A stretch of 64,000 nt of DNA from Candidatus Omnitrophota bacterium. Lineage in GTDB: Bacteria; Omnitrophota; Gorgyraeia; Duberdicusellales; 4484-171. The DNA lies in assembly GCA_043823745.1 (NCBI GenBank), contig JBDRAN010000003.1, positions 2,958-66,957 of the forward strand. Reading direction: 5' to 3'. Positions 18,330 to 28,210 of the stretch are shown in pieces. The notes beneath the pieces were generated by a model. That model saw only the letters and a list, made by a program, of their open reading frames with translations. It was not told the DNA's origin and ran no database searches. The first letter of the stretch is position 1. Each line of letters starts with the position of its first letter. Made by a program: the position numbers and the translations under genes.

Positions 18330-21098
18330 ATGGCAAAGAAGTACGTTTATTTTTTCGGCGACGGCAAAGCCGACGGAAACGAAAGCTTGAAAAATCTCTT
18401 AGGGGGCAAAGGGGCCAATCTTGCTGAAATGGCAGGTCATAAGAGCCTGCGCTTACCGGTTCCCCCGGGCTTTACCCTGACCACCGACGTATGCACCTGT
18501 TTTTATGATAACAAACGCACATATCCGAAAGGTCTTCGCGAGGATGTTGCTCGGGCGCTTGCGCGCGTTGAGAAAATCATGGGTAAGGAATTCGGCGGCC
18601 TCGCCAACCCCTTGCTTGTTTCGGTCCGTTCCGGCGCCCGCAAATCAATGCCGGGAATGATGGAAACAGTTTTAAACGTCGGTCTTACCGAAAAGACCAT
18701 TCCGGCGCTCATCAAGCAAACCGGTAATGAGCGTTTTGTCTATGACGCGTACCGGCGCTTGATCGCGATGTATTCTGATGTAGTTATGGAAAAAGCGGCA
18801 GGCATTGAACCTGAAGGCGATGACATGGGCATTCGCAAGCAGCTTGAAAAAATCATGGCCCAAATGAAAAAAGAAAAAAATGTGAAACTTGATACGGACT
18901 TATCCGCCGCTGATTTAAAAATTCTCTGCGGACTCTTTAAGAAAAAAGTCAAAGAAATCTTAAAAAAAGATTTTCCGGATGAGCCCCTGGAACAGCTCTG
19001 GGGCGGCATTTCGGCTGTATTTCTTTCCTGGAACGGCAAACGCGCAATAAGCTACCGCAGAATCGAGAATATTCCTGATGAGTGGGGGACCGCGGTAAAC
19101 GTACAGGCCATGGTCTTCGGCAATATGGGCAATGACTCCGCAACCGGCGTTGCCTTTACCAGAAATCCCGGAAACGGAGAAAATACTTTTTACGGGGAAT
19201 ATCTGGTTAACGCCCAGGGAGAAGACGTTGTCGCCGGCATCCGTACACCTGCTCCAGTCAATGAAAGCTCAAAGAGCGAACACAACAAGGAATTAGTCAG
19301 CCTTGAGAAGGGGATGCCTAAGCTCTACAAACAGCTATATGACATCAGAAACCGCCTGGAGCAGCATTACCGGGATATGCTTGACATCGAATTTACGATC
19401 GAAAAAGGCCGCCTCTTTATGCTTCAGTGCCGGGTCGGAAAACGTAACGGCCCTGCGGCAATACGCATGGCGGTCGATATGCTCAAAGAAAAACTAATTA
19501 GCAAAAACGAAGCGATTATGCGAGTAACTCCTGCGCAGCTTGATGAATTGCTACATCCGATTATCGACCCTAAAGAAGAAGCAACCCGCAAACCTCTCGT
19601 TAAAGGTCTTCCCGCAGGGCCAGGTGGGGCAAACGGCATGATTGTTTTTACGGCGAACGATGCAGTCACATGGGCTAAAGCAGGGAAAAAAGTAATTCTC
19701 GTCAGAGAAGAAACGAACCCTGAAGATGTCGAGGGTATGCGCGCGGCGCAAGCGATTCTTACGGCGCGCGGCGGTATGACTTCGCATGCGGCATTAGTCG
19801 CCCGCGGTTGGGGAAAATGCTGTATCGTCGGTTGCGGCGCACTCCATGTTGAAAGCGAAGCGAAAGTCTTAAAAGCCGGCGATAAAACACTCAAGGAAGG
19901 CGACTGGATTACCTTAAACGGCACCAAAGGAAACGTGTATGAAGGACAATTACGCATGATCGATGCTACTGAGGAAAATAAAGTCCTCATGGAATTTCTT
20001 AAAATCTGCGATGGAGCGCGGAAGCTTAACGTTCGCGCTAACGCCGATACCCCTGAAGATGCCCGAAGAGCCCGATCGTTCGGCGCCGAAGGGATCGGTC
20101 TGTTCAGAACCGAGCATATGTTCTATGGCAAAGGCTCTGAACAGCCCCTCTTTTTACTACGCAAAATGATTGTCTCAAAAAATGAAGCTGAACGTCGCAA
20201 AGCACTTGCCGAACTCTATCCTTTTGTTAAAATTGACATCAAAGGAACACTTGAAGCAATGAAGGACCTTCCGGTTACCATCCGTATGATCGATCCACCG
20301 CTGCATGAGTTTGTTCCGCGTGAAGAAAAACAGCAGAAGGAGTTGGCGCAAAGTTTGAATATCGACTTGGATGAATTCAAAAAACGGGCTGACGCGCTGC
20401 ACGAATCAAACCCGATGATGGGTCACCGCGGCGTACGCCTCGGCGTAACCTATCCGGAAATCACCGAAATGCAAATTCGCGCTATCCTTGAATCAGCGGC
20501 GGAGCTCCTTGCGCAAGGTATTAAGGTTGACGCGGAAATCATGATTCCGGTAGTCAGCACCGTTAAAGAATTACATGACCAGCTCGTTATTGCCAAAAAG
20601 ATTTATCAAGAGGTGCTTAAAAAATACTCTTTAAAGAAAATCAACCACATGTTCGGCACCATGATCGAGATCCCGCGAGCCGCGCTAACCGCGGATGAGA
20701 TAGCGGGTGTGGCGGAATTTTTCTCATTCGGCACCAACGACCTTACCCAAATGAGTTTTGGCTTTTCTCGCGACGATATGGGAGGATTTTTTCCTGCGTA
20801 CATGGAAAAGGGAATACTCCCCGATGATCCGTTCCAGACTATCGACCAACAAGGCATCGGCCAATTGATCAAAATTGGTATTGAGCGGGGCAGAAGCACC
20901 CGCAAGAACCTGAAAGTAGGTATTTGCGGCGAACACGGGGGAGACCCCCGTTCCATTGAATTCTGCCACGCGGTAGGCATGAATTACGTTTCCTGCTCGC
21001 CCTTCCGGGTTCCTATTGCGCGACTCGCTGCGGCGCAGGCTGCTCTTAAGGAAGCACACGCGAAGGGTTCAACGAAGAAAAAATCTAAGAAAAAATAG
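18330..21098 (+). CDS. ppdK: Pyruvate, phosphate dikinase
   Basis: PPDK-like over 922 aa. Catalytic His region GGMTSHAALVARGWGKCCIVGC and PEP-utilising C-terminal domain. Lys-rich tail. Confidence 0.95.
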   Translation: MAKKYVYFFGDGKADGNESLKNLLGGKGANLAEMAGHKSLRLPVPPGFTLTTDVCTCFYDNKRTYPKGLREDVARALARVEKIMGKEFGGLANPLLVSVRSGARKSMPGMMETVLNVGLTEKTIPALIKQTGNERFVYDAYRRLIAMYSDVVMEKAAGIEPEGDDMGIRKQLEKIMAQMKKEKNVKLDTDLSAADLKILCGLFKKKVKEILKKDFPDEPLEQLWGGISAVFLSWNGKRAISYRRIENIPDEWGTAVNVQAMVFGNMGNDSATGVAFTRNPGNGENTFYGEYLVNAQGEDVVAGIRTPAPVNESSKSEHNKELVSLEKGMPKLYKQLYDIRNRLEQHYRDMLDIEFTIEKGRLFMLQCRVGKRNGPAAIRMAVDMLKEKLISKNEAIMRVTPAQLDELLHPIIDPKEEATRKPLVKGLPAGPGGANGMIVFTANDAVTWAKAGKKVILVREETNPEDVEGMRAAQAILTARGGMTSHAALVARGWGKCCIVGCGALHVESEAKVLKAGDKTLKEGDWITLNGTKGNVYEGQLRMIDATEENKVLMEFLKICDGARKLNVRANADTPEDARRARSFGAEGIGLFRTEHMFYGKGSEQPLFLLRKMIVSKNEAERRKALAELYPFVKIDIKGTLEAMKDLPVTIRMIDPPLHEFVPREEKQQKELAQSLNIDLDEFKKRADALHESNPMMGHRGVRLGVTYPEITEMQIRAILESAAELLAQGIKVDAEIMIPVVSTVKELHDQLVIAKKIYQEVLKKYSLKKINHMFGTMIEIPRAALTADEIAGVAEFFSFGTNDLTQMSFGFSRDDMGGFFPAYMEKGILPDDPFQTIDQQGIGQLIKIGIERGRSTRKNLKVGICGEHGGDPRSIEFCHAVGMNYVSCSPFRVPIARLAAAQAALKEAHAKGSTKKKSKKK

Positions 21099-21158
21099 AA
21101 CGAGTCATCACGCTAAGCGCATACACGCGTATGCGCTTAGCGTAATTTAGAAAAGCCT

Positions 21159-21983
21159 ATGGAAGCAATAAAAGCATACCTCGACAGAATCAAGCATATT
21201 CCTGTTCTCACCGAGAAGGAAGAAATACTTCTTATCAATCAGGCCAAAAAAGGCAACCGCGAAGCACGGCGTAAAATCATTAACTCAAACTTAAAGCTTG
21301 TCGTTAATATCGGTAAACATTATGCTCATTTTGATTTACCCCTCATGGATCTGATCGCTGAAGGAAATATCGGCCTCATGCGCGCGATCGATAAATTCAA
21401 CACCACCCGTGGCTACCGTTTTTCAACCTACGCCGCATGGTGGATTCGCCAGGGGATCACCCGCGCGATCATTGACCAGGGAAAAACTATCCGTATTCCG
21501 GTTTATATGAGCGAACTTATTTCTAAGTACAAGAAACAGCGAGAAGCGATCTGGCAAAAGTCAAAAAGCGAACCGTCGCGCGAGGAGATCGCCAAGAAAC
21601 TGCGTCTTCCCATGGAAAAAGTCGGCGAAATTGAAATGTGGATACAGAAAAAAGCTTCCCTGGAGGCTCCGGTCGGAGAAGATGGGGAATCGCAGCTGGG
21701 CGATTTCCTCGAAAGCAAGGACTATGCGGATACCGAGCACGAAGTGGCAAAATTCTTCGATCGGGAACGTGTCAACCACTTACTTGATTTTGTTTCCGAG
21801 CGCGAACGTAAAGTTCTTGATCTGCGATTCGGCATCACCGACGGCCGAACGCACACGCTGGCTGAAGTCGCCACGTCTCTGGCCGTATCGCGCGAACGTG
21901 TGCGTCAGATAGAAAAGGATGCGCTTGATAAATTAAGGAAATTCGCCACCGAAGAACAGAAACGAGAATTACAATCCCCTTAA
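21159..21983 (+). CDS. RNA polymerase sigma factor, sigma-70 family (regions 2-4, no region 1.1)
   Basis: The -10 recognition helix region YAAWWIRQGITRAI and a region-4 HTH. Confidence 0.9.
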   Translation: MEAIKAYLDRIKHIPVLTEKEEILLINQAKKGNREARRKIINSNLKLVVNIGKHYAHFDLPLMDLIAEGNIGLMRAIDKFNTTRGYRFSTYAAWWIRQGITRAIIDQGKTIRIPVYMSELISKYKKQREAIWQKSKSEPSREEIAKKLRLPMEKVGEIEMWIQKKASLEAPVGEDGESQLGDFLESKDYADTEHEVAKFFDRERVNHLLDFVSERERKVLDLRFGITDGRTHTLAEVATSLAVSRERVRQIEKDALDKLRKFATEEQKRELQSP

Positions 21984-21996
21984 GAAAGGAGCCCTC

Positions 21997-22518
21997 ATGA
22001 AACTCGAACAATCAATACGCAGTATCCCTGACTTTCCCAAAAAAGGAATTCTATTCCGCGATATAACCACGCTCTTAAATAACAAAAAGGCCTTCAAGGC
22101 TGCCATTGACGGGCTAACCAAGGCACTCAAGGGTAAAAAAATTGAATATATCGTCGCAGCGGAATCTCGTGGCTTTATCTTTGGCGGGGCACTCGCATAC
22201 AAGCTTGGCTGCGGTTTTGTCCCGGTACGTAAACCAGGTAAATTACCCGGACCGACACAATCCTATACCTATGAGCTTGAATATGGAAAAGATGCTCTTG
22301 AAATCCATCGGGACGCGTTTCCCCGTAATGCGCGTGTCTTAGCCCTTGATGATCTGCTGGCCACCGGGGGAACAGCCACCGCACTTATAAAGCTTTCAGA
22401 AAAACTGGGAGCAAAAGTGGTTGCAGTCGCTTTTCTTATTGAACTGGTTGATCTTAAAGGCCGCGAGAAATTCAAAGGCTATCCCATTTATTCCATGATA
22501 AAATTTAAGGGCGCCTAG
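21997..22518 (+). CDS. apt: Adenine phosphoribosyltransferase
   Basis: PRPP-binding motif VLALDDLLATGGT. 173 aa. Confidence 0.9.
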   Translation: MKLEQSIRSIPDFPKKGILFRDITTLLNNKKAFKAAIDGLTKALKGKKIEYIVAAESRGFIFGGALAYKLGCGFVPVRKPGKLPGPTQSYTYELEYGKDALEIHRDAFPRNARVLALDDLLATGGTATALIKLSEKLGAKVVAVAFLIELVDLKGREKFKGYPIYSMIKFKGA

Positions 22519-22904
22519 TCTTTACCTCGTTAGAGAAAACCGCCGCCATTAAAGATTCATATGAGAATTTTAAAAAAGCATATCTTCTTTTACATGAACT
22601 TTTAGATGAGGTTAAGCCAGCGGAATTAAATAGTAGAATTTTTGCCGCTGCTTTAATGATAGTAGGCGGCATTCTTACCTGGGCTTATGGAAATTATTGG
22701 ATTTAATTTGGCAAATTATCCTTTCTATTCCGCGACATTAACGTAAAATCCTACCGTAGTCTCTGTTCTATAGCATTAAAGTCTTGCTAGATTTTTATTG
22801 GTAGTTAATTCGTTTTATTACTCTTGAGCAACCTCTGTCAGACGATATTATTTATTCGTCGATTTTATCTTTTGCCTCCAATACATATGAGGAGGACATT
22901 TTAA

Positions 22905-22954
22905 TTGACATTGCATTTTTTTTTGCTATTATAAATAGAAGTAATTTCTATTTA
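22905..22954 (+). promoter_or_regulatory. fur promoter (TTGACA-N16-TATTAT) overlapped by the 9-5-9 palindrome TAAATAGAA-gtaat-TTCTATTTA
   Basis: The palindrome at 22932-22954 overlaps the -10 element and +1, a classical autoregulatory operator position. Confidence 0.55.
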
Positions 22955-22965
22955 AGGAGGCAGTA

Positions 22966-23379
22966 TTGGATCAGTTTTTGGAAAAACTCAAAGAAGGCGG
23001 GTTTAAGCTCACGCCGCGCAGGCAGGCAATAATAGAGCTTTTTGTCGATTGCGACACCCACCTGACCCCCGAAGAAGTCTGGAATAAGCTTCAGAAGCAG
23101 TTTGAGCGATGCGGCCTTCCAAGTGTTTACCGTAACCTTGAAAGCCTTGTTGAGTGCGGCGTATTGACAAGGATCCAGCAGTCTGACCGTAAAAAGCACT
23201 ATGGGTTATGCTCAGCAAGCCACGGCCATCACCACCATCATATTACCTGTGTTAAATGCGGCAAAGTAGAGGATATAAAAGGCTGCGCTATCGATGGAGC
23301 GAAGAAAATCAAGGGGTATAAGGTGGTGAGTCATTTTATGCAGGTTAACGGCGTATGTGTCGGTTGTTCTAAAGAGTAA
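22966..23379 (+). CDS. fur: Fur-family metalloregulator
   Basis: TTG start after RBS AAGGAGG. Winged HTH, HHHHH metal site plus CxxC...CxxC, as in Fur (QHHHDH...CxxC). Confidence 0.85.
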   Translation: MDQFLEKLKEGGFKLTPRRQAIIELFVDCDTHLTPEEVWNKLQKQFERCGLPSVYRNLESLVECGVLTRIQQSDRKKHYGLCSASHGHHHHHITCVKCGKVEDIKGCAIDGAKKIKGYKVVSHFMQVNGVCVGCSKE

Positions 23380-23392
23380 TTTTTTTTAAATT

Positions 23393-23416
23393 CTAAATAG
23401 AAATTACTTCTATCTA
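23393..23416 (+). promoter_or_regulatory. Second copy of the operator palindrome (TAAATAGAA-attac-TTCTATCTA), downstream of fur and upstream of the metal-uptake genes
   Basis: Reverse-orientation copy of the 23-mer at 22932-22954 with one mismatch. Confidence 0.5.
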
Positions 23417-23546
23417 ATGTGTGCTAATACTGCGGGAACACCGGCTTATGTGGGTTGTTTTATAGCGTTGTTATATTGAAAATGTGGCAATGGATCGCCG
23501 CGCTATGCAAAAGCGTGCGCAAGGAAATTGAGAAGGGACAGCTTAA

Positions 23547-24182
23547 ATGTTTTCAAAAATAATTCATGAATTAAAGGCGCATGCCCCATTTACTTTATTT
23601 GGCGCTTCAACGGGTATCGTTCTGATGTTTGTGTTTCGCAATATACCCCATGAAGCGACTCACAATCTGTTCTATGTATTTCATCCGCTTCATATTTGCT
23701 TAAGCGCTGTTGTTACAACAGCGCTTTATAGAAGATATCTTTCCGATGAGGCACCGGGAATAAAGATGTTTTTGAAAGTGTTTGCGGTTGGTTATGTGGG
23801 TTCAGTGACTATCGGGACATTAAGTGATTCCTTGATCCCTTTTTGGGGCGAGACGTTGCTTAATATGCCTCATCGGCATGTTCATATTGGCTTTGTCGAG
23901 AAATGGTGGCTAATCAATCCCCTTGCGATTATCGCGATTATCATTGCCTATAATAAGCCGGTAACGAAATTTCCGCATGCCGGACATGTTCTTATCAGCA
24001 CGTGGGCATCGCTATTTCATATGCTGATGGCGGTTGACCACGATCACGCGGTGCCGTATTTCGGCATATTCATTTTTTTGTTTTTAGCGGTATGGATACC
24101 CTGCTGTTTCAGCGATATCGTTTTTCCTTTATTGTTCGTGCGGAATAAAAATGTCCCGGTTTCCTGCGGGCAGTGTAAATAA
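23547..24182 (+). CDS. His-rich six-TM membrane protein, putative metal permease
   Basis: Six predicted TM helices with intramembrane His clusters (HPLH, HRHVH, FHMLMAVDHDH). Confidence 0.45.
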   Translation: MFSKIIHELKAHAPFTLFGASTGIVLMFVFRNIPHEATHNLFYVFHPLHICLSAVVTTALYRRYLSDEAPGIKMFLKVFAVGYVGSVTIGTLSDSLIPFWGETLLNMPHRHVHIGFVEKWWLINPLAIIAIIIAYNKPVTKFPHAGHVLISTWASLFHMLMAVDHDHAVPYFGIFIFLFLAVWIPCCFSDIVFPLLFVRNKNVPVSCGQCK

Positions 24183-24213
24183 CGGTTTAACTAAGAGGAG
24201 GAGAGAGGTGAGT

Positions 24214-26277
24214 ATGAGGAAAAGTTTTGGTCTTGTGACCGCGGCACTTATTTCGTCGCAAAGTATTTTAGGCAATATTGCATTCGCCCAGACAACCGTG
24301 TTTGATTTAGGGCAGGTGGTTGTTTCTGAAGACAAAGATAAAGAAGAAAAGCTGACCATCGAAGAAAAGACGAAGATCAGCCAGAGAACGCTTAAGTCTC
24401 ACAAGGTCGTTGACCTCGCCGAGATATTATCGGATGAGATGGTCGAGGCTTCCATGGTTCGTAAGAGCGGCTATGGCAACGAGGTCGGATTAAGAGGTTT
24501 CACTAAGAGCAATCTGCGGTTTACTTTGGATAATACGCTGATTGAGGGTTCCTGCGGAAGCCGCAAGGACCCGCCGCTTTCTCATATCAACTTGTTGACT
24601 ATAAAGAGAATAGAAGTTAAACAAGGGCCTTATGATGTCAGCGTTCCCGGAGCTTTGGGAGGCGATATCAACGTTATCACAAAAGAAACCCAAAAAGGCA
24701 TCCACGGAGAGGTGCTTTCGAAGTTTGGTTCTTTCGGTTATTTAAGTCAAGGCGGATATGTGACTGGAGGAGGTGATTTTTTACAGGGGTTGTTCGGATA
24801 CAATTATTCTAAATCCGGGCAATATAAAGACGGCGCCGGAAACAAGTTGAGCAGTTTTAACCCGGCTTACAATGATGACGGCAAAAGCATGGATGCTTTC
24901 AAGAAGAATGATTTCTGGGGCAAGGTTTCACTCAAACCCGCCGAAAATCAAAACTTGCTTCTTTCGTCGTCGTATGGCGAGGCCAGCGATATCATGACGC
25001 CTCGTGTTGCCATGGATACCGAAAAGGAAAAGACGTATCTTAATAAGGTCGAATATACGTTCGATGATCTTAGTTCTATTTCCGAGCAATTGAAGCTGTC
25101 TGCCTACTATAACCGCGTTGAACATTATCCTTACGGTAAATATAGGACAGGGGGCGTTAACAACCGAAGAATAGAGGCGATTTCAGCGATTACCGGTGCG
25201 CAAATTGAGAATAAAACACCCAGCGAGTTGGCCGTTTTTACCTACGGGACTGACTTTTATCATCGGAATTGGTACGGCGATGTATTTAACAGGAGTACCG
25301 GAGCAATAGTAAACGATGAATTGTTCCCGGATGTCAACGAGCTTGATTTCGGGTTATATGTTAAGGCAGAGCGGGATATTGGTAAGCTGTCCGCGACTGC
25401 TGGGCTACGAATGGATGTTTTTCATTCAAAGGCAAACGAGGATTCAAAATTCAGCAAGGCCATGACCGATACTAACGCGCAGACTGATGTTTTACCCAGC
25501 GCGAACGTGTTTTTGAAATATTTTTTACAGGAGGATACGAATATTTTCGGCGGGGTCGGATTAACGAACCGTATGCCTACGACAGTTGAGCGCTATGTTC
25601 AGGAAGGCGCTGGGTATTATGGCAACCCAGATCTTAAGCCGTCGCGCAATCTTGAAACCGATCTTGGATTTGAAACCAAACTTATGGAGCGGTTGAAATT
25701 CAAAACAAAAGGTTTTTACAGCTATCTGCCTGATTATATCTATCAGCAGGCAAGTGGCGGCGTCAAAACTTATACGAATATCGACGCCTATATGTTTGGA
25801 GGCGACGCGACAGCTACGTATGACTTGTCGCAGGGTTTCGCGGTCGAAGGCGGAGTGGCCTATCAGCGCGGCAGGAAGCTCGACCAACCGGCAGGAAACA
25901 ACGATAAGGATCTGGCTGAAATTTGCCCGCTTAAGACAAAACTCGCCTTGAATTACGATAAGAATGGTTTCTTTGCTAAATATGAGTGGGTGCATTCCGA
26001 ACAAAGTAAAGATATTGACCGTGACGCTGGAGAAACGCCTCTTAAAGGATGGGATGTGTTTAACTTCAGGGCGGGGTATCAATTTACCGAGAAGGAAGGT
26101 AAGCTGTCGCTCTTAAGCGGACTCAGCCTGAACTTCGGCATTGACAACATGTTTGATATGAAATACGCGGTGGCGAATTCCTATGAATACGACCCGACTG
26201 ATCCTATCGGAACGAATATCAAGATAGTCAATGAGCCGGGCAGGTTTATCTACGGCAGTTTATCATACCGGTTTTAA
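24214..26277 (+). CDS. TonB-dependent outer-membrane receptor
   Basis: Signal peptide, TonB-box-like DLGQVVV, plug + beta-barrel length, terminal aromatic residue (..SYRF). RBS GAGGAGG precedes ATG 24214. Confidence 0.85.
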   Translation: MRKSFGLVTAALISSQSILGNIAFAQTTVFDLGQVVVSEDKDKEEKLTIEEKTKISQRTLKSHKVVDLAEILSDEMVEASMVRKSGYGNEVGLRGFTKSNLRFTLDNTLIEGSCGSRKDPPLSHINLLTIKRIEVKQGPYDVSVPGALGGDINVITKETQKGIHGEVLSKFGSFGYLSQGGYVTGGGDFLQGLFGYNYSKSGQYKDGAGNKLSSFNPAYNDDGKSMDAFKKNDFWGKVSLKPAENQNLLLSSSYGEASDIMTPRVAMDTEKEKTYLNKVEYTFDDLSSISEQLKLSAYYNRVEHYPYGKYRTGGVNNRRIEAISAITGAQIENKTPSELAVFTYGTDFYHRNWYGDVFNRSTGAIVNDELFPDVNELDFGLYVKAERDIGKLSATAGLRMDVFHSKANEDSKFSKAMTDTNAQTDVLPSANVFLKYFLQEDTNIFGGVGLTNRMPTTVERYVQEGAGYYGNPDLKPSRNLETDLGFETKLMERLKFKTKGFYSYLPDYIYQQASGGVKTYTNIDAYMFGGDATATYDLSQGFAVEGGVAYQRGRKLDQPAGNNDKDLAEICPLKTKLALNYDKNGFFAKYEWVHSEQSKDIDRDAGETPLKGWDVFNFRAGYQFTEKEGKLSLLSGLSLNFGIDNMFDMKYAVANSYEYDPTDPIGTNIKIVNEPGRFIYGSLSYRF

Positions 26278-26286
26278 GAGAGGACA

Positions 26287-26886
26287 ATGATGGCGAATTT
26301 TATTATTAAAGGCGGGTTTTTTATATGGCCGATTCTATTGTGTTCTGTTGTTTCGTTAGCGGTGATATTGGAGCGGCTTCGCTATTTTCACCGGACATGC
26401 GCCAGAAATAAGAATCTGCCTGAGCGGACGCAGGCGCTTATTAATTCCAAGAAGCCCGACGAAGCGTACGCGCTATGCGAAAAAGACGGAAGTTTTATCG
26501 GGCGTTTTCTGGCGGTCGGCATCAAGATCATTGACCGTCCGGCAGAGGAAAAAGGCAAGATACTTCGCCGCGCCGGATCCCGGGAGCTTGAAGAAGGCGA
26601 AAAGCATTTGAGAATTCTTTCCGTGATCGGGAATATCGCCACTTTGCTGGGGTTATTAGGTACCGTCACCGGGATGATTCAAACCTTTATTAAAATTGAG
26701 TCTTCCGGAGGGACAGCAGAAGTCGCCATACTGGCCGGTGGCATATGGGAGGCGCTTCTTACGACCGCGGCAGGGTTAAGCGTGGCTATTCCAACCCTTG
26801 TTTTGTATCACTATTTTGAAGGGATCGTTGACGGCCGCGCGGTACAGTATAAAAACATAGCCGCGGATATATTTAATCTGCATTAG
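26287..26886 (+). CDS. exbB: MotA/TolQ/ExbB proton channel
   Basis: Three-TM MotA/ExbB topology with a conserved C-terminal half. Confidence 0.85.
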   Translation: MMANFIIKGGFFIWPILLCSVVSLAVILERLRYFHRTCARNKNLPERTQALINSKKPDEAYALCEKDGSFIGRFLAVGIKIIDRPAEEKGKILRRAGSRELEEGEKHLRILSVIGNIATLLGLLGTVTGMIQTFIKIESSGGTAEVAILAGGIWEALLTTAAGLSVAIPTLVLYHYFEGIVDGRAVQYKNIAADIFNLH

Positions 26887-26901
26887 TTATGGGAGGTCGC
26901 A

Positions 26902-27327
26902 TTGAGTTCATTTGAATTGGAGCGGCGAAGGCGCGCGGATAACAATTTAAATATCGCCCCTTTGATCGATATAGTTTTTTTGCTTCTGATTTTCTTTGTG
27001 TTTTCATCTCATTTTATATCACACAAAGGATTCAAGGTAAAACTGCCCAAGGCAGTGCATGCCCAGATGCAGAAAAACGAACAAGTGACGGTTTTTATCA
27101 ATAAGGAAGGCGATATTTTTTTGAATGACGCAAAGGTTCAGTTTGATAATCTTACGGCGTCAATCAGGTCTGAGTTAAGCCGGGCAAATTCAAAGACAGT
27201 AGTTATCAAGGCCGACGAGAATGTTTCATTGGGATTAGCCGTCAAGGTGATGGATAACGCCAAGGAGGCAAACACGGACAGCCTTGTGATATCCACTAAA
27301 ACGGCAAACGATGAAAAAAATAAATGA
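26902..27327 (+). CDS. exbD: ExbD/TolR biopolymer transport protein
   Basis: TTG start after a GGGAGG RBS. N-terminal TM NIAPLIDIVFLLLIFF. Confidence 0.85.
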   Translation: MSSFELERRRRADNNLNIAPLIDIVFLLLIFFVFSSHFISHKGFKVKLPKAVHAQMQKNEQVTVFINKEGDIFLNDAKVQFDNLTASIRSELSRANSKTVVIKADENVSLGLAVKVMDNAKEANTDSLVISTKTANDEKNK

Positions 27328-27901
27328 TCTGCATGCCTGTATTCTTATCTCGCTTACCGTGCATACCGGACTCGTCGGATCCGGCGTTTTCCATTTTAAT
27401 CCTGTTAAACAAGAAAAGCCTTTTGAGGTCGCATTTGAAGTCGAAGAAGAAATATTGCCTGAGCAATATGAGGTTAAAGAAGAAAAAAAAATAGAAAGTC
27501 CGGTTCTTGAAAAGGAAGAGGTTATTGAGCCGGTACCGGAGGAATCAATAGCCGAACAACCTCCGGAACCTAAAGAAAGCGATGATGAGCTTAAAAAATC
27601 CCTTCTTAGATATCAAGACAGCATCAAGCAGAAAATCCAACAGGAGAGGCAGTATCCTCGATGGGCGCTTCGCGTAGGGCAACAAGGGGATGCGCGGATA
27701 ACTTTTTCTGTTTTATCCTCCGGCCAGATGAAGAATTTGAAACTACTTAAATCATCCGGTTTTGAGGAGCTTGATAAAGAAGCATTGGATGCTGTTAAGC
27801 GCGCTAACCCGTTTTTGTCATTTCCTGAAGCATTTAAGGATGATATAATAACTATTGAGTTGGACATTGTTTTTCATATTACAAACAAATCGACTGATTA
27901 G
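27311..27901 (+). CDS. tonB: TonB energy transducer
   Basis: N-terminal TM, Glu/Pro/Lys-rich linker and a TonB C-terminal domain. Confidence 0.8.
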   Translation: MKKINDLHACILISLTVHTGLVGSGVFHFNPVKQEKPFEVAFEVEEEILPEQYEVKEEKKIESPVLEKEEVIEPVPEESIAEQPPEPKESDDELKKSLLRYQDSIKQKIQQERQYPRWALRVGQQGDARITFSVLSSGQMKNLKLLKSSGFEELDKEALDAVKRANPFLSFPEAFKDDIITIELDIVFHITNKSTD

Positions 27902-28137
27902 CTTACGCTATCTTTTAGAATAGGTTTTTAACTATATATAAAAACCTTGCCCTTCATTCATTTTCTTATATAATCGAACATTAAGGAACGCAGCCGAACT
28001 AGGCTGCGTACTTACTTAGTGTAGTGAAAACGTCAGTGGTTTTGGTCAAAATAGTCCAATTTCCTACAAAATACTACAAAATGAGCAAACGCGAAATCAT
28101 AGTAAAAACCTAACAAAATCAATATAAATTACCGTTT

Positions 28138-28210
28138 GCCCCTATAGCTCAAAAGGATAGAGCGCGGCCCTCCTAAGGCTGAAATCCCTGTTCGATTCAG
28201 GGTGGGGGCA
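28138..28210 (+). tRNA. tRNA-Arg (anticodon CCU)
   Basis: The cloverleaf folds by hand: acceptor GCCCCTA/TGGGGGC, D-arm GCTC..GAGC, anticodon loop CTCCTAA, T-arm CCCTG-TTCGATT-CAGGG. No encoded CCA. Confidence 0.85.

Noticed and set aside
19424-19990. 188-aa antisense ORF inside ppdK, and similar antisense ORFs (e.g. 25561..26082, 52360..52812, 32786..33238, 34419..34844)
   Set aside because: - They lie entirely within well-supported genes on the opposite strand.
- They are typical GC-frame artefacts with no RBS and no recognisable domains.
22509-22706. Protein-like open frame (..EKTAAIKDSYENFKKAYLLLHELLDEVKPAELNSRIFAAALMIVGGILTWAYGNYWI) between apt and fur
   Set aside because: - It has no start codon or RBS.
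- It overlaps the apt 3' end.
- It could be a decayed gene fragment, but this cannot be supported from sequence alone.
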